Notes: a model not told the origin generated them from the sequence alone. DNA of 64,000 nucleotides from an uncultured delta proteobacterium (GCA_963769935.1 CAVYNY010000011.1:512001-576000), one strand, 5' to 3'; counted from the first letter of the stretch, positions 11,195 through 22,894 are shown. Numbers and translations: made by a program.

Positions 11195-13289
11195 TCAGGC
11201 TGACAGTTTCGAAAAATCAGCGAATTTGCCAAACAGGGCCGCGATAGCGGTCAGCAAGGCGAGCCGATTGCGGCGCACTTTGCTATCATCCGTCAGTACC
11301 ATGACCCCTTCAAAGAAAGCATCCACAGGATCTCGCAATGAAGCAATTTTGACCAGGGCCTGATCAAACAAACCTTGTGCCAGATCATCTTCGACCCTGT
11401 TTTTTACCTGTTCATAGGCAGCAAGCAGCGCTTCTTCCGATTCATGCTGGAATAGTTTTTGATCCGGATCACCCGACTGGAGATCATCGGCTTTTTTAAT
11501 GATGTTTACGACCCGTTTAAACGCCACGGCCAGGGGTTCAAAATCCGGTTTGGCCTTTAGTTTCTCCAGCGCAGCGGCCTTTTGCCAAGTGGCGGGAATA
11601 CTACTGTCAGCCGACGCATCGAGCACAGCGGCCACCGTATCTTTTGCAAACCCGCCCTCGACCAGCAAATTGGTCATCCGGTTTCGCAGAAACGTATAGA
11701 CCTGCGCTTTCACTTCCGCTGGATTTTTGGGCTTAAATTGCTTCACGCCTTCCGCTATCAGATCCGTCAGGGCAAAGGAAAACCCTTTATCCAGCATGAT
11801 CTGAATAATGCCGATGCTCTGGCGTCGAAGGGCATAAGGATCGGAAGCACCGGTAGGGATCAGGCCGATGGTGAAGCATCCGCAAAGAGAGTCGATTTTA
11901 TCGGCCAGCGAAAGTATGGCGCCCACCAGCGTCTCCGGCAACGGCGCCCCGGAATAAACCGGACGGTAATGCTCTTCGATTGCAGCCGCTACCATGGGGG
12001 GTTCCCCGGCAACGGTTGCATAAATTCTGCCCATAATTCCCTGCAGCTTCGGGAATTCACCCACAACCTGACTCACCAGATCCGATTTACTCAGCAGGGC
12101 GGCCCGGGACACCTGTTTTTTCAACCCATCATCTTTTGCGCCGGAGGCAGATCCCAAATCGACGGCCTCGGATATAAATTCGCCGATCCTGGCCACCCGC
12201 TCCATTTTTTCATAGACGGTTCCCAGCTCAGCCTGAAAAAGAACTCTTTTCAGCATCGCTACCCGCTCATCATTGCCGACGGCAAGGTCACCCTGATAAA
12301 AAAACCGGGCATCCGCCAAACGGGCCCGCAAGACCCTCTCATGGCCTTTGGCCACCACCGCCATATCCTTGGCGACGGTATTGTTGACCGCGATAAAACA
12401 CGGCATCAGCTTATTGTTCTGATCGACGATGGCAAAGTACTTCTGGTGCTCCCGCATGGCATTGATTAACACCTCATCGGGAACTTCCAGAAATGCTTCA
12501 TCAAATTTGCCCGCCACCGGCACCGGAAACTCAACCAGGTTGTTGACAATGTCCACCAGTTCGTCATCCGGCAGAATGCGGCCGCCAAGCCCGCGGGCAA
12601 CTTCAACGATTTCGCTGCTCGAGTTTGGTTCGGCGTTCCTGCGGGTCGGCCAGGACGTGGGCGGATCGCAGCGCTGCGACATAGTCATCTGCGGAATCCA
12701 GCTTAATTTTGGCCGGCGACATAAAACTGTGTCCGTGGGTATAGCGGTTGCTCTTTAAATTGCAGAGATTAAAGCCGATAACTTTATCGCCCAGTAGTGC
12801 CAGGATGGTATGAATCGGCCTGGCAAACTCGATATCCAGGTCCGCCCATCGCATTTTTTTGGGAAACGGAATTGATAAAATTACTTCGGCTAAAATATCT
12901 TTAAGCAGCGTCCGGGTTGCGCCGCCGCGCTGTATTGTCACGGCAGACAGATAAGCACCCTTGGGCGTTTCTATGACGCTCAGGCTGCTGACCGGCACGC
13001 CCACTTTTTCTGCAAATTTAAGAGCGGCCGTTGCCGGGCGGCCCTGAGCATCCAGACCAATTCTGGCCGGAGGCCCGATAACTTGGGATTGCATTGATTT
13101 TTGCTTGTCGACCACGTTGTCCACTTTGATGGCCAGTCTGCGCGGCGTTGCATAGAGCTCCGCCTGACCGTGGTCAATACGGGCATCCGTCAATTTTTGC
13201 AATAAAGCGGCCGATAACGCCGCCAGCGCCGGGGCAATATAGCCGGCCGGAATTTCTTCAGTTCCGATTTCAAGTAATAAATCGCTCAT
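11195..13289 (-). CDS. glyS: Glycine--tRNA ligase beta subunit (one +1 frameshift near 12615, probably a sequence error)
   Basis: LLEIGTEEIPA, TPRRLA, LVEFPV, HQKYF, EFPKLQG, DPYALRR, RRNRLALL in two joined frames. Confidence 0.95.
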
Positions 13290-13308
13290 GATCACCCCTT
13301 AAAAGGTT

Positions 13309-14178
13309 TTACTTTCCTAATAGCGGAAATCCCATTTTTTCCCGCTGATTCAAATAGCCCTCGGCACATTGCCGGGCAAGATTTCTGATACGGGCAATAT
13401 AGCCGGTACGCTCGGTGACGCTGATGGCGCCCCTTGCATCCAGCAGATTAAACGAATGCGAGCATTTCAGGCAATATTCGTAGGCCGGCAAAACAAGATT
13501 ACCCTCGATTTGCTTTTGCGACTCCGCTTCGTATTTACTGAAAAGATCGAATAGAACCGGCACATCGGCCTTTTCGAAATTATAGGTTGACTGTTCGACT
13601 TCCTGCTGGTGATGCACATCTCCATAAGTAATTTCTCGATTCCATTGCAGATCATAGACGTTGTCAACCCCTTGAAGATACATGGCAATACGTTCCAATC
13701 CGTATGTCAGTTCTACGGAAATGGGTTTTAACTCAATGCTGCCGGCCATCTGAAAATAAGTAAACTGCGTAATCTCCATGCCATCCAGCCAAACCTCCCA
13801 GCCCAGGCCTGCCGCTCCGAGTGTTGGAGATTCCCAGTCATCCTCAACGAACCGGATATCGTGTTCAAGCGGATCAACGCCCAAAACCTTCAGGCTCTGC
13901 AGATACAACTGCTGGGTATCGAAAGGCGAAGGCTTCATGAGAACTTGATACTGATAATAATGCTGCAAACGATTGGGATTGTCTCCATAGCGGCCGTCCG
14001 TCGGTCGTCTGGAAGGTTGGACGTAGGCGACGTGCCAGGGTTCCGGTCCCAGGGCTTTCAAGGTCGTAAAGTGATGAAATGTTCCGGCGCCGACCTCCAA
14101 ATCATAGGGCTGCACCATCACACAACCCTTGCGGGTCCAGAATTTGTGCAGTGCGAGAATTACATCCTGAAAATACAT
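13309..14178 (-). CDS. glyQ: Glycine--tRNA ligase alpha subunit
   Basis: [38 protein letters not shown]. Confidence 0.98.
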   Translation of the reverse strand: MYFQDVILALHKFWTRKGCVMVQPYDLEVGAGTFHHFTTLKALGPEPWHVAYVQPSRRPTDGRYGDNPNRLQHYYQYQVLMKPSPFDTQQLYLQSLKVLGVDPLEHDIRFVEDDWESPTLGAAGLGWEVWLDGMEITQFTYFQMAGSIELKPISVELTYGLERIAMYLQGVDNVYDLQWNREITYGDVHHQQEVEQSTYNFEKADVPVLFDLFSKYEAESQKQIEGNLVLPAYEYCLKCSHSFNLLDARGAISVTERTGYIARIRNLARQCAEGYLNQREKMGFPLLGK

Positions 14179-14229
14179 TGTGGGTTCCTTTACTTAAAGC
14201 CAATTTTAAAGGCTTCACTGTTTTTTTTA

Positions 14230-14570
14230 GGTTTCAGAGCTTCTTTAAGGTTTCAGTGTTCAGGTGTCAGATAAAAGAGCTCATAGCTGATAGCTCATAG
14301 TTCATAGTCAAAAGACCCCGCAGAATTTCGAAGGTCGGTTTCGCTATGCACAGTTTTTTTTATTAAGCAGACTGAATGCCTTCCTTCGACATTCGACCTG
14401 CCCGCAATGCCTTAAAACGGGAGTGTGGCAAATTTTAGCAGTTGATTCATAGCTGAATGATTACCTACTCACACACAATGAATCTGGTATATAAGACATT
14501 ATTGGGATCTCCTGCAGCTATCAAAAAAATTCCTCATGTCGCACCAGGGCGGGCTGACACCTGAAACCTT
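14230..14570. repeat. Composite nested repeat region between the GHMP kinase and glyQ
   Basis: ggtttcag/ggtgtcag ... ctgacacctgaaacc ends, CTCATAG heptamer run, a copy related to 25678-25752 on the opposite strand, insert 14397-14554. Confidence 0.7.
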
Positions 14571-14577
14571 CTGGTTC

Positions 14578-15636
14578 TTAGTAAACAATGAGCCCTTTTG
14601 AGTCAATTTTAACCTCCAGCAGACGTGCCTCATCTCGGGCAAGAAGAGTCTTCTCCCACAAAGGTCTCAATCTGTCAATATTTTCGATTTCACCAACGGC
14701 CCACAGGCAGCCTCCGCCGCCGGCACCTGTAAAGCGCGCACCGCAGTCGTTTTGCCGCGCGCCGACCACCAATTTTTCTCCTATATTATCCAGTACGTCC
14801 GGCGTCAGAGTCCGACGAATCGCTGTCTCCCGGTTCATCTCGACGGCGGCCTGATTGTAATTTTTTTCAGCCAGCGCGGCGATAAACCGATGCGTGCATG
14901 CAATGATTTCCAGCCAAAGATCGCGATACCGGCCGGAAAGAAACTGCCGTATCCACCGTCCGTTGATGTCTTTGGAAACATGAGGCATGCCGCAATAGGC
15001 AATCAGCAGATGCCGCTCCAGATCGTGCTGGGAATTTTTTCCGACGATGCATCGTTTTTTGAACATCGGTCCCATCGGCTTGGCCTGCAGGTACCAGGCA
15101 TTGACACCGCCGAAAGCGGCGGCAAGCTGATCCTGAATGCCGCAGGGCACACCGGCGACGGACTGCTCGATTTGATAAGCTAAAAGCGCTGTGGCGCGTC
15201 GATCCAATCCGGTATCGGATTTGCCATGGGTCATTAATTTTGAAAATGCCGCCACCAGCGCTACCGCCGCAACGGATGATCCGCCCAACGCGCTGCGGGG
15301 CGGAGATTGGGACTCGATTTCAATATGAATACCCCGAGCATTGAAATAAGCGGCCGTCGCAAACATCAGTCCCAGAGGGTGATCAAACGGTGCGGCGTCG
15401 GCCTGAAATTGGGCATCCTTGAAACCGCTGGATGAAATCCTGATCGTGTCCCTGGTGTAAGGTCGCAGCCTGACCCGCGTTCTGAGCCCTAAAGCAATGT
15501 TAAACGTGCAGGGTGACAGGTGGTGCAGCGGGTAGTAGAACGTGGCAATGTCAAGCGTGCCGCCCATATCGATCCGGCAAGGCGCCGAAGCCTCTATTAG
15601 TTCCGATTCAAGTATTTTACTGAATTGTTCGTGCAT
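14578..15636 (-). CDS. GHMP-family sugar kinase (HddA/galactokinase-like)
   Basis: SAPCRIDMGGTLD, PPRSALGGSS ATP loop, GIQDQLAAAFGG, GAGGGG; start at ATG 15636 because the upstream ORF extension is repeat DNA. Confidence 0.85.
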   Translation of the reverse strand: MHEQFSKILESELIEASAPCRIDMGGTLDIATFYYPLHHLSPCTFNIALGLRTRVRLRPYTRDTIRISSSGFKDAQFQADAAPFDHPLGLMFATAAYFNARGIHIEIESQSPPRSALGGSSVAAVALVAAFSKLMTHGKSDTGLDRRATALLAYQIEQSVAGVPCGIQDQLAAAFGGVNAWYLQAKPMGPMFKKRCIVGKNSQHDLERHLLIAYCGMPHVSKDINGRWIRQFLSGRYRDLWLEIIACTHRFIAALAEKNYNQAAVEMNRETAIRRTLTPDVLDNIGEKLVVGARQNDCGARFTGAGGGGCLWAVGEIENIDRLRPLWEKTLLARDEARLLEVKIDSKGLIVY

Positions 15637-15665
15637 ATTCCAAATCCAATGCCGCCCAAGATGGA

Positions 15666-15804
15666 GAATTGAATATTGAAGAATGAATATTGAATATTTA
15701 AGGTATGCCTTCGGCAGATCAATTTTAAAAAGGTCTATCAAAAGAATGCCGGAGCGCAGCGACTTCCACAAATATTCAATCTTCAATCTACAATATTCAA
15801 TTTA
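15666..15804. repeat. Element with inverted ATTGAA(T/G) heptamer arms
   Basis: gaattgaatattgaagaatgaatattgaatattt ... aaatattcaatcttcaatctacaatattcaattt. Confidence 0.8.
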
Positions 15805-15805
15805 T

Positions 15806-16570
15806 TCAGTCCCTGACCTGTCGCAAGAATTTCAAGCTGCGCGGCTGCTTGCCCAAATGATAGCATACAAATTCCTCCAAGAAACGCGTGCTTTCCTCCA
15901 GCGCCGGCGAACTGAATTTGATCCTGGTTGCTTTGTCTAAATTGCCGCTTGCAGTCCAGAGCAGCTCTTTGATCGTTCCTTTGGCAAGCGTCAAGCGGGA
16001 GGCGGAATTTCGGCCGCAGTCATCACACAGGATTCCGCCCCTTTGCAAATCAAGTATTACCGTCGCCTGGTTGATACTGTCCAGCTTCTTGCGGCACAGG
16101 CTGCAGGCGGTTAAATTGGGTTGGTGCCCGGACAGCGTCAGTAATCGCATTTGAAACAGGATATTTAAGGCAGCCGGCGCAGTAGGTCCGTTGTCCAGTT
16201 CGGTTAATACATGCTCAAAAAGATAATACAGCTCATCCTGTCTGTAATTTTCTTCCATCCAGTTGTAGATTAATTCGGCCCAGTAACTGGCGTAAGCGGT
16301 TTTCTTGAAGTCGGCCCTGATGGCGCTGAACGGCTGGTTTAAAACAGCCTCCTGCAGAACCGGCAATCCCCGCCCCCGGCCGGCAGCAACCACCAGCTCC
16401 AGTTCCGAAAAAAGCTCCAGAATGCCCGCAAAGCGTTTAGTGCTCTTTTTGGCAGCCTTGGCTATCAGGGACACTTTGCCTCTTTGCAGCGTGAAAAAGG
16501 TGATGATAACATCAAAATCCCCATAATCCATTCGGCGGAGCAAAATGGCAGGCGAGGAAAAAACCGGCAT
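15806..16570 (-). CDS. recO: DNA repair protein RecO
   Basis: AILLRRMDYGDFD, AKAAKKSTKRF, LELF, CxxC..CxxC zinc motif; upstream of glyQS. Confidence 0.92.
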   Translation of the reverse strand: MPVFSSPAILLRRMDYGDFDVIITFFTLQRGKVSLIAKAAKKSTKRFAGILELFSELELVVAAGRGRGLPVLQEAVLNQPFSAIRADFKKTAYASYWAELIYNWMEENYRQDELYYLFEHVLTELDNGPTAPAALNILFQMRLLTLSGHQPNLTACSLCRKKLDSINQATVILDLQRGGILCDDCGRNSASRLTLAKGTIKELLWTASGNLDKATRIKFSSPALEESTRFLEEFVCYHLGKQPRSLKFLRQVRD

Positions 16571-16628
16571 GCGCTTAAATACCAAGGAGAGTTGTAGCGA
16601 TAAAAAAATAAAAAGAATTCAAAAAGCC

Positions 16629-17366
16629 CTACGGCAGATGCATGGTTACCACCTGCCCGCTTTCACCTGGAATTGAAACGGGTTTTTCATTAAGTATTAA
16701 CTTTACACCGGCCGCATCGCCGATAAGCAGGCTGTAACCGGTTTTGGCTTCAAGCTGGATGTTGTCTCCGGTTTTTAAATTGTATTCCGTCGAGTCCTTC
16801 TCATCGGCAATGACCTTCACCCATGTATCTTCCAGGGCCGTGATCTGCAAGATCAATTTGTCCGAATTGGGGTTTTCGGATTCGACAGCCGCCCTAACGG
16901 ATTCTTCGGGTTTGCCGGCAACGGACGGTATTGATGCGGCTGAAGATTTCGGCGCGGGTAGTTCATCCGTACCGGGTTGAACGAAGAAATGTGAAACAAC
17001 GGTGATGGACAGCGCTATAATGCATAGGAACAAAACCAACGCAAGTACTAGTTTCCACCCCATTTGTTTCATCGGCTTGCCGATCGAGGCCTCGGATTCG
17101 GCTATTTTTTGCACGACATCAAGCCGGGACTCATAACGGCGGACCGCCTCATTACCATCAGCGCCAATAGCGGCGGCATAAGAACGCAAAAAGCCTTTTA
17201 CAAAAACCTCGGCCGGCAGTTGCTCGTGGTCCTCTTGTTCAACGAGCGTAAGATTACCCAGGCCGATGCGGGTTTGCTCTGCAACCTGTTTCAGGCTGAT
17301 CTTTTTTTCAAGCCGGATAGCCTGCAAATAACGCCCGAATGATAAGGATTCCTTATCGTTTTTCAT
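16629..17366 (-). CDS. RodZ-like protein (HTH_25, TM, DUF4115)
   Basis: FGRYLQAIRLEK..LPAEVFVKGFLRSYA HTH, single TM, TWVKVIAD..IGDAAGVKLILN C-domain. Confidence 0.85.
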   Translation of the reverse strand: MKNDKESLSFGRYLQAIRLEKKISLKQVAEQTRIGLGNLTLVEQEDHEQLPAEVFVKGFLRSYAAAIGADGNEAVRRYESRLDVVQKIAESEASIGKPMKQMGWKLVLALVLFLCIIALSITVVSHFFVQPGTDELPAPKSSAASIPSVAGKPEESVRAAVESENPNSDKLILQITALEDTWVKVIADEKDSTEYNLKTGDNIQLEAKTGYSLLIGDAAGVKLILNEKPVSIPGESGQVVTMHLP

Positions 17367-17380
17367 GATCCCAGGCCCGG

Positions 17381-18385
17381 TTACTGGATAATCTTAATAT
17401 ACGATCTTGCACGCAGTTCATCAAGCCACTCCTGATACCGGTTGTCAACGTATTCGTTGTAAAGTATTTGTTTAATATCAGATTCCAGCTCTGCAAGAGG
17501 TTTGGACGGCGTCTCCACTATTTTCTGGACATAAATAATCTGATAGCCGAAATTGGCATCCAGCACTTGCGAATATTCGCCGGCTTTCATTATTTCAACC
17601 ACCTTTTGTAATTCGGCCGACAACTCCTCGCGACGGTACAGCCCCAGGTCGGTGCCCTTGGCCGGGGATCCCGATTCATTCAATTGCTTAACCATAGTTT
17701 CAAATGAAGTCCCCTGTTTCAACGTGGCCTCGACGGCTTGTATTTCTTTTAAGGCGGTGTCTTTTTCAGATTCAGATGCTTTGATGAATATATTCCAGAG
17801 ATAGTATTTCCTGTCACCGACATACTTTTCCCGGTGCTGCTCGTAGTAGGCTTTTATATCCGCCTGGGTAATCACGATTTTGGATTTTACTTCCCGGTTC
17901 ACCAGTTTGGTTCTTAAAATCTGTGATTCCATCTCCTTGCGATATTCCTCCATGGTCATTCCCTGGGCGGCAAGTCCCTCCCGCAGCTGCTCATCCGTAA
18001 AAGAGCGCGTCTGTTTAATGCGTTCAATGGTTGTGTCAATTTCTTTCTCGGTCACAGATATTTGATAGCGTTTTACTTGCTGGTCTGCCAGTTGGCTGTC
18101 GATGAGCTGATTGAGAACATCGCTGCGAACCCGAAAAAGGGTCTGGCGTTCTTTTTCCGCAGGATACTTCAGGGCTTTGATATTGGCCTCATAGGGCTTG
18201 AAAGCCCGGCTTAAATCGTAAAGGGTAACAATATCACCATTGACCACAGCCACAATGCGATCGACCACTTCGGGTGTCTGTGCCCGCACGCTGCCGGCCG
18301 ATGCTGTTGTGATGATCACCCAACCCCACGCGATCGTCGCCAGCATACGCCGGACTTTTCTGTCGCTAACCGCTTTTTGAATCAT
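17381..18385 (-). CDS. SurA-like peptidyl-prolyl isomerase/chaperone (start uncertain)
   Basis: Signal peptide, VVDRIVAVVNGDIVT SurA N-domain, GTDLG parvulin-like segment. Confidence 0.85.
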   Translation of the reverse strand: MIQKAVSDRKVRRMLATIAWGWVIITTASAGSVRAQTPEVVDRIVAVVNGDIVTLYDLSRAFKPYEANIKALKYPAEKERQTLFRVRSDVLNQLIDSQLADQQVKRYQISVTEKEIDTTIERIKQTRSFTDEQLREGLAAQGMTMEEYRKEMESQILRTKLVNREVKSKIVITQADIKAYYEQHREKYVGDRKYYLWNIFIKASESEKDTALKEIQAVEATLKQGTSFETMVKQLNESGSPAKGTDLGLYRREELSAELQKVVEIMKAGEYSQVLDANFGYQIIYVQKIVETPSKPLAELESDIKQILYNEYVDNRYQEWLDELRARSYIKIIQ

Positions 18386-19109
18386 CGCCGACCGTTTTTT
18401 CATTTTCTTCAATGCTTTTGGAACCGGTTATCTTTTCCCATAGCTCGCTGTTGATTTCAACGACATATTTGGCCTTCAGGGCTTCAATCCAGGAATTGTA
18501 TTTATCTTCCGCTTTTTGGCGGCGCAACTGTTTTACAATGGCCTCGTCGATTTCCTCCGAGGTTTGGCCCGATTCGGATTCCATATCCCGGCCCTGGTAA
18601 TGCTTCTGATAATACTCGGAAATGTCCTCAGGGGCAATTGTGATTCGGTTGGCAACTTCTTCATCGATCACTTTATCCATGATCAGGCGGTTTTTCAGCC
18701 GGCTTTTCCAGGAATCATAGGATACGGCATATTCCAGCAATGCTTTTTCGAATTCTCCCTCCGGATAGTCGCTTTTAATCCCGGAAACGGCTTTTTCGAG
18801 CTCCGCATCGGTTACGCTGATTCCCAGCTTTTGCGCTTCTTCAAGCAGAATCATCTCGACCGTCAATTCGTTCAAAAGCCTTATCTGCGCATTTCTTAAA
18901 TCTTCCGGATGTTGCTTTATATCATCTTCGTAGGCAATTTTTTCAATTTCAAAGGCGTTATTGAATTCCAGGACGGTCATATTCCGGTCTCCAACGCGAA
19001 TCAATACTTCTTTACCCAGGTCGGTGTCCTTTGGCCCGCAGCCGGCGAAAAGGAATAGCAGAAAAATCGACCCCATCCTAACCACAGTTTTGGAAAATCT
19101 TGGTAACAT
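18366..19109 (-). CDS. SurA N-terminal-domain lipoprotein
   Basis: Lipobox FAGC, LEEAQKLGISVTDAEL motif. Confidence 0.75.
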   Translation of the reverse strand: MLPRFSKTVVRMGSIFLLFLFAGCGPKDTDLGKEVLIRVGDRNMTVLEFNNAFEIEKIAYEDDIKQHPEDLRNAQIRLLNELTVEMILLEEAQKLGISVTDAELEKAVSGIKSDYPEGEFEKALLEYAVSYDSWKSRLKNRLIMDKVIDEEVANRITIAPEDISEYYQKHYQGRDMESESGQTSEEIDEAIVKQLRRQKAEDKYNSWIEALKAKYVVEINSELWEKITGSKSIEENEKTVGDDSKSG

Positions 19110-19239
19110 CAATCAGGGTTTTACTCCGTTATAAAAAACCAACTAAATTATTGTGTCTGCATGCACGCAATCACTTTATTTTAAACTCAGCAACCATTTG
19201 GCCGCCGACGAATAACTCTAACAATTGAGAAATTAACCT

Positions 19240-22200
19240 TTAATTGTTAACACGTTGCGCAATTTCTTTCAAGATGTTTTTAGTCTGCGCCAAATGGGCG
19301 TTGAGATTGTTGGATGCCAGCCTGACTTTAAGAACATAGTCCGGTGATAGTTTGAAGCGCTCGGGTGCATCGATGATCATGTCGACCATGGCTGCAGGGT
19401 TGCGCTGGTGTGGCTGTGAAAAGTATAGAATAAGATTTTGGTTCGTCATATCGAGTCTTGCGACCCCGGCCTTTTTAGCCAACACCTTCAGTACGATTTT
19501 AAATAAGAGGTTGGTCGCTTCGTCCGGCAGGGGTCCAAAACGGTCTACCAACTCTGATTTGAAATCGGCAATTTGCGGAAGATCGGTCATCTTTGCCAGT
19601 CGACGATAGGCCGACATGCGCTGATCAATATCGGGAATATAATGTTCGGCCAGAAGGGCGGACAGGTTTATGTTAATTTCCGGCTCCAAAGGTTCCACCA
19701 TTGCTTCGCCTTTTAGCTCGGCAACTGAGCTTTCCATGAGTTTGAGAAACATGTCATAGCCGACGGCGGCGATATGCCCGGATTGGGATGCACCCAGGAT
19801 CGTGCCGCCGCCACGGATTTTTAAGTCGCTCATGGCTATCTGAAATCCCGAACCCAGATCACTGTGTTCCATCAGCACTTTCAGCCGCTTGCGGGCATCT
19901 TTTCCCAGCAGGCTTTCATGGGGAATAAGCAGGTAGGCATAAGCCTGCTCATCCGAGCGTCCGACGCGACCTCGCAATTGGTACATCTGTGCCAATCCGA
20001 ATCGGTCGGCGCGGTTGACGATGATCGTGTTGGCAGAGGTAATATCCAGACCGGATTCGATGATGGTGGTACATACCAGCATATCGATTTCTTTGTTCAT
20101 GAAATGGAACATGACCTCTTCCAGCTGATCTTCATCCATGCGGCCATGCGCGACGGCCAGCTTGACTTCGGGCACCAGCCGCTTCAATTTGTCGGCCATT
20201 TTGTCAATACTGTGGATGTTGTTATGAACAAAGAAAATCTGCCCCTGCCGCCTTAGCTCCTTCCTGACGGCATCGGCAATCAGGGCGTCGTCGAATTCGG
20301 AAATATAGGTAATGATCGACTTGCGATATTCTGGCGGTGTTGAAATAATGCTGATGTCACGCACTCCCACCAGTGACAGGTGCAGGGTGCGCGGTATGGG
20401 CGTTGCCGTCAGGGCCAACACGTCTACCGTACTGCGCAAACGCTTCAGCTTCTCTTTGTGCTTGACCCCGAAGCGCTGTTCCTCATCCAGCACGATAAGG
20501 CCCAGGTCATTAAAAACGACATCTTTCTGCAATAACCGGTGGGTGCCGATCACAATATCGACCTTACCCGCTTTAAGATCAAGGATGATCGACCGTTGGA
20601 CACGCGGCGACCGAAACCGGCTCAAACAGGCGATATTGACCGGATAGCGCTCGAACCGGCTGCAAAAGGTTGCATAGTGCTGCTCTGCCAGGATAGTCGT
20701 CGGAACCAGCACGGCCACCTGTTTGCCGTCATTGACGGCTAAAAAAGAGGCACGCAGGGCCACTTCGGTTTTACCATAGCCCACATCCCCGCACACGAGG
20801 CGATCCATGGGCGCCGGGCTTTGCATGTCAAGGAGGACCTCCTCAATGGATTTTTGCTGATCGGCAGTTTCTTCATAGGCAAAGCCGCTTTCAAAATCCT
20901 GAACGTAGCTGTCCGGCGCAGAAAAGGCATGTCCCTGGTCTACTTTGCGCCGCGCATAAAGTTTGAGAAGTTCTCCGGCAATCTTTTCCGCTGACTTTTT
21001 TACCTTTGATTTCAGCCGCTCCCATGATTTTCCACCCAAGGTATCAAGGACCGGTGTAACACCGTCCACTCCCATGTATTTTTGCACAACACTCATCCGG
21101 TCAACCGGCAGATAGAGCTTATCACCTCCTTTATAGACGATGACCAGAAAATCATTGGTCAGGCCCTCAACCGTCAATTTTGCCAGACCGCCGTACTGAC
21201 CGATACCGTGATCGTTGTGGACAATGAGATCATCTTTTTTCAGCTCCTGCATGTCGAACAACTGGGCAGCGGGTCGGGATTTGGCAGATTGGCGGCGCTG
21301 TTTGCGCACCCCGAAAATTTCATCATCCGTGATAAAGGCCAGGTTCGCGCTCGGCCACACAAATCCGCCGGACACCTGGCCGATACAAATGCCAAGCTGC
21401 CCCCGGTTGAGTTCGGCTTTAGAAAACCCATTCAGGCGCACCGGCTGCAAACCATACGGGGCAAGCAGCAGTTTCAACCGGTCGGCCTGGGATTCGGTCC
21501 GGCATGCCACGAGCGTGGCATAACCGAGCTGTTTTTTATCCGTCAACCATTCAACCAGGGGCTGTAACAAATTCTCTCTTTCGCGAGGATTTTTAAGCGC
21601 CAGGCTCAGGTCGGTATTATATTCAATGGCAGCCTTGAACCGGCAGGGGCGCATCTGCGGCGCCTCTTCGATCTTGAGCACCTCAAGCGTCTTAAAAACC
21701 AACGGTTTGCTTTCAGATAGAAATGCTGAAGCCTGTGACCAGTTCAGGTACAGCTCCTCCGGCGGTACACAAAGTCTTTTTTCTTCACGCGCGAGGGCAT
21801 AGTTTTTGATCACACTTTCTTCCATCTCCTGGGCGGCTTTTTCCAGCTCGGCGGGATTGTCCACAACCAGCAGTGAATTTTGGGGAATATATTCGAATAT
21901 GGTGTCCAGCTGCGGATAAACTAACGGCATCAGGCTTTCAATCCCGGACAGTTCCTCATTTTTTCTGAGCCTATCAATGACATGGCGCGTATGCGTGACC
22001 GGAACATCCAGTTCATTTGCCCGGGTGCGAATCCGGCTGATGATATCCGGCAGCAATTGAGTATTCAGTATGACTTCTCTGGCCGGCAGGATGACCGCCT
22101 CATGAATGTCATTAAATTTTCGCTGACTTGAAGCTGAAAAAAACCGCATTGATTCGACCAGGTCGCCGTAGAACTCAATTCTTAAAGGATCCGCATACAG

Positions 22201-22752
22201 GGGTGAAAATATGTCAATTATCCCGCCTCTTATGCTGAAATCGCCGGGCTCTTCAACAATTGCCGCATGGGTATATCCGCCGGATATCAATTTTGTAACC
22301 AAATAATCCCGTTCAATTTCCTCCCCGGCAATTAAGAGCTCGGCGTAACGGATGATTTCATTCCTGGGAATAATTTTATTGAGCAAGGCTTCGACTGTAA
22401 TCACTACGATTGAAGGCGATCTTTCTTCCAGCAATTGATACAAGACCCGAATTCGATTTCCTGCGATTTCATTGTGATATGAAAGGAATTTAAAGGGCAA
22501 TATGTTATAGGAGGGGAAAAACAAGATCGGTGTCTGCGGGTTTCCGATGAAAAATCGCAGATCCTCAATCAACCGCTCCCCCTGTTTGGCTGAAGATACA
22601 ATAACCAGACAGGATACCCCTTGCTGCAGAAAAACGCTTGCGATCAAATAAGCTTTCTCTGAACCGGAAAATCCGGCACATTCGACGGCGCGATCGCGCC
22701 CGGAAAGCTGCTCGAAGAATGTTTCATTTAAAATTAAGTCTTGATTTTGCAC
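19240..22752 (-). CDS. mfd: Transcription-repair coupling factor
   Basis: RGGIIDIF, HGIGQY RID domain, CGDVGYGKTEVA, DEEQRFGV, TATPIPRTL, QLRGRVGR. Confidence 0.98.
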   Translation of the reverse strand: MQNQDLILNETFFEQLSGRDRAVECAGFSGSEKAYLIASVFLQQGVSCLVIVSSAKQGERLIEDLRFFIGNPQTPILFFPSYNILPFKFLSYHNEIAGNRIRVLYQLLEERSPSIVVITVEALLNKIIPRNEIIRYAELLIAGEEIERDYLVTKLISGGYTHAAIVEEPGDFSIRGGIIDIFSPLYADPLRIEFYGDLVESMRFFSASSQRKFNDIHEAVILPAREVILNTQLLPDIISRIRTRANELDVPVTHTRHVIDRLRKNEELSGIESLMPLVYPQLDTIFEYIPQNSLLVVDNPAELEKAAQEMEESVIKNYALAREEKRLCVPPEELYLNWSQASAFLSESKPLVFKTLEVLKIEEAPQMRPCRFKAAIEYNTDLSLALKNPRERENLLQPLVEWLTDKKQLGYATLVACRTESQADRLKLLLAPYGLQPVRLNGFSKAELNRGQLGICIGQVSGGFVWPSANLAFITDDEIFGVRKQRRQSAKSRPAAQLFDMQELKKDDLIVHNDHGIGQYGGLAKLTVEGLTNDFLVIVYKGGDKLYLPVDRMSVVQKYMGVDGVTPVLDTLGGKSWERLKSKVKKSAEKIAGELLKLYARRKVDQGHAFSAPDSYVQDFESGFAYEETADQQKSIEEVLLDMQSPAPMDRLVCGDVGYGKTEVALRASFLAVNDGKQVAVLVPTTILAEQHYATFCSRFERYPVNIACLSRFRSPRVQRSIILDLKAGKVDIVIGTHRLLQKDVVFNDLGLIVLDEEQRFGVKHKEKLKRLRSTVDVLALTATPIPRTLHLSLVGVRDISIISTPPEYRKSIITYISEFDDALIADAVRKELRRQGQIFFVHNNIHSIDKMADKLKRLVPEVKLAVAHGRMDEDQLEEVMFHFMNKEIDMLVCTTIIESGLDITSANTIIVNRADRFGLAQMYQLRGRVGRSDEQAYAYLLIPHESLLGKDARKRLKVLMEHSDLGSGFQIAMSDLKIRGGGTILGASQSGHIAAVGYDMFLKLMESSVAELKGEAMVEPLEPEININLSALLAEHYIPDIDQRMSAYRRLAKMTDLPQIADFKSELVDRFGPLPDEATNLLFKIVLKVLAKKAGVARLDMTNQNLILYFSQPHQRNPAAMVDMIIDAPERFKLSPDYVLKVRLASNNLNAHLAQTKNILKEIAQRVNN

Positions 22753-22818
22753 TTTAAATCACGTATTGGGAAGATTCTTAAAACCTGCACCAAAAGAGTG
22801 TGAACGCCCGACTTCCAG

Positions 22819-22894
22819 GCCGACGTAGCTCAGCTGGTAGAGCAGCTGATTCGTAATCAGCAGGTCAGCGGTTCGAATCCGCTCGTCGGCTCCA
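22819..22894 (+). tRNA. tRNA-Thr(CGT)
   Basis: GCCGACG/CGTCGGC acceptor stem, GCTGA-TTCGTAA-TCAGC anticodon arm, GTTCGAATC, CCA end. Confidence 0.97.
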
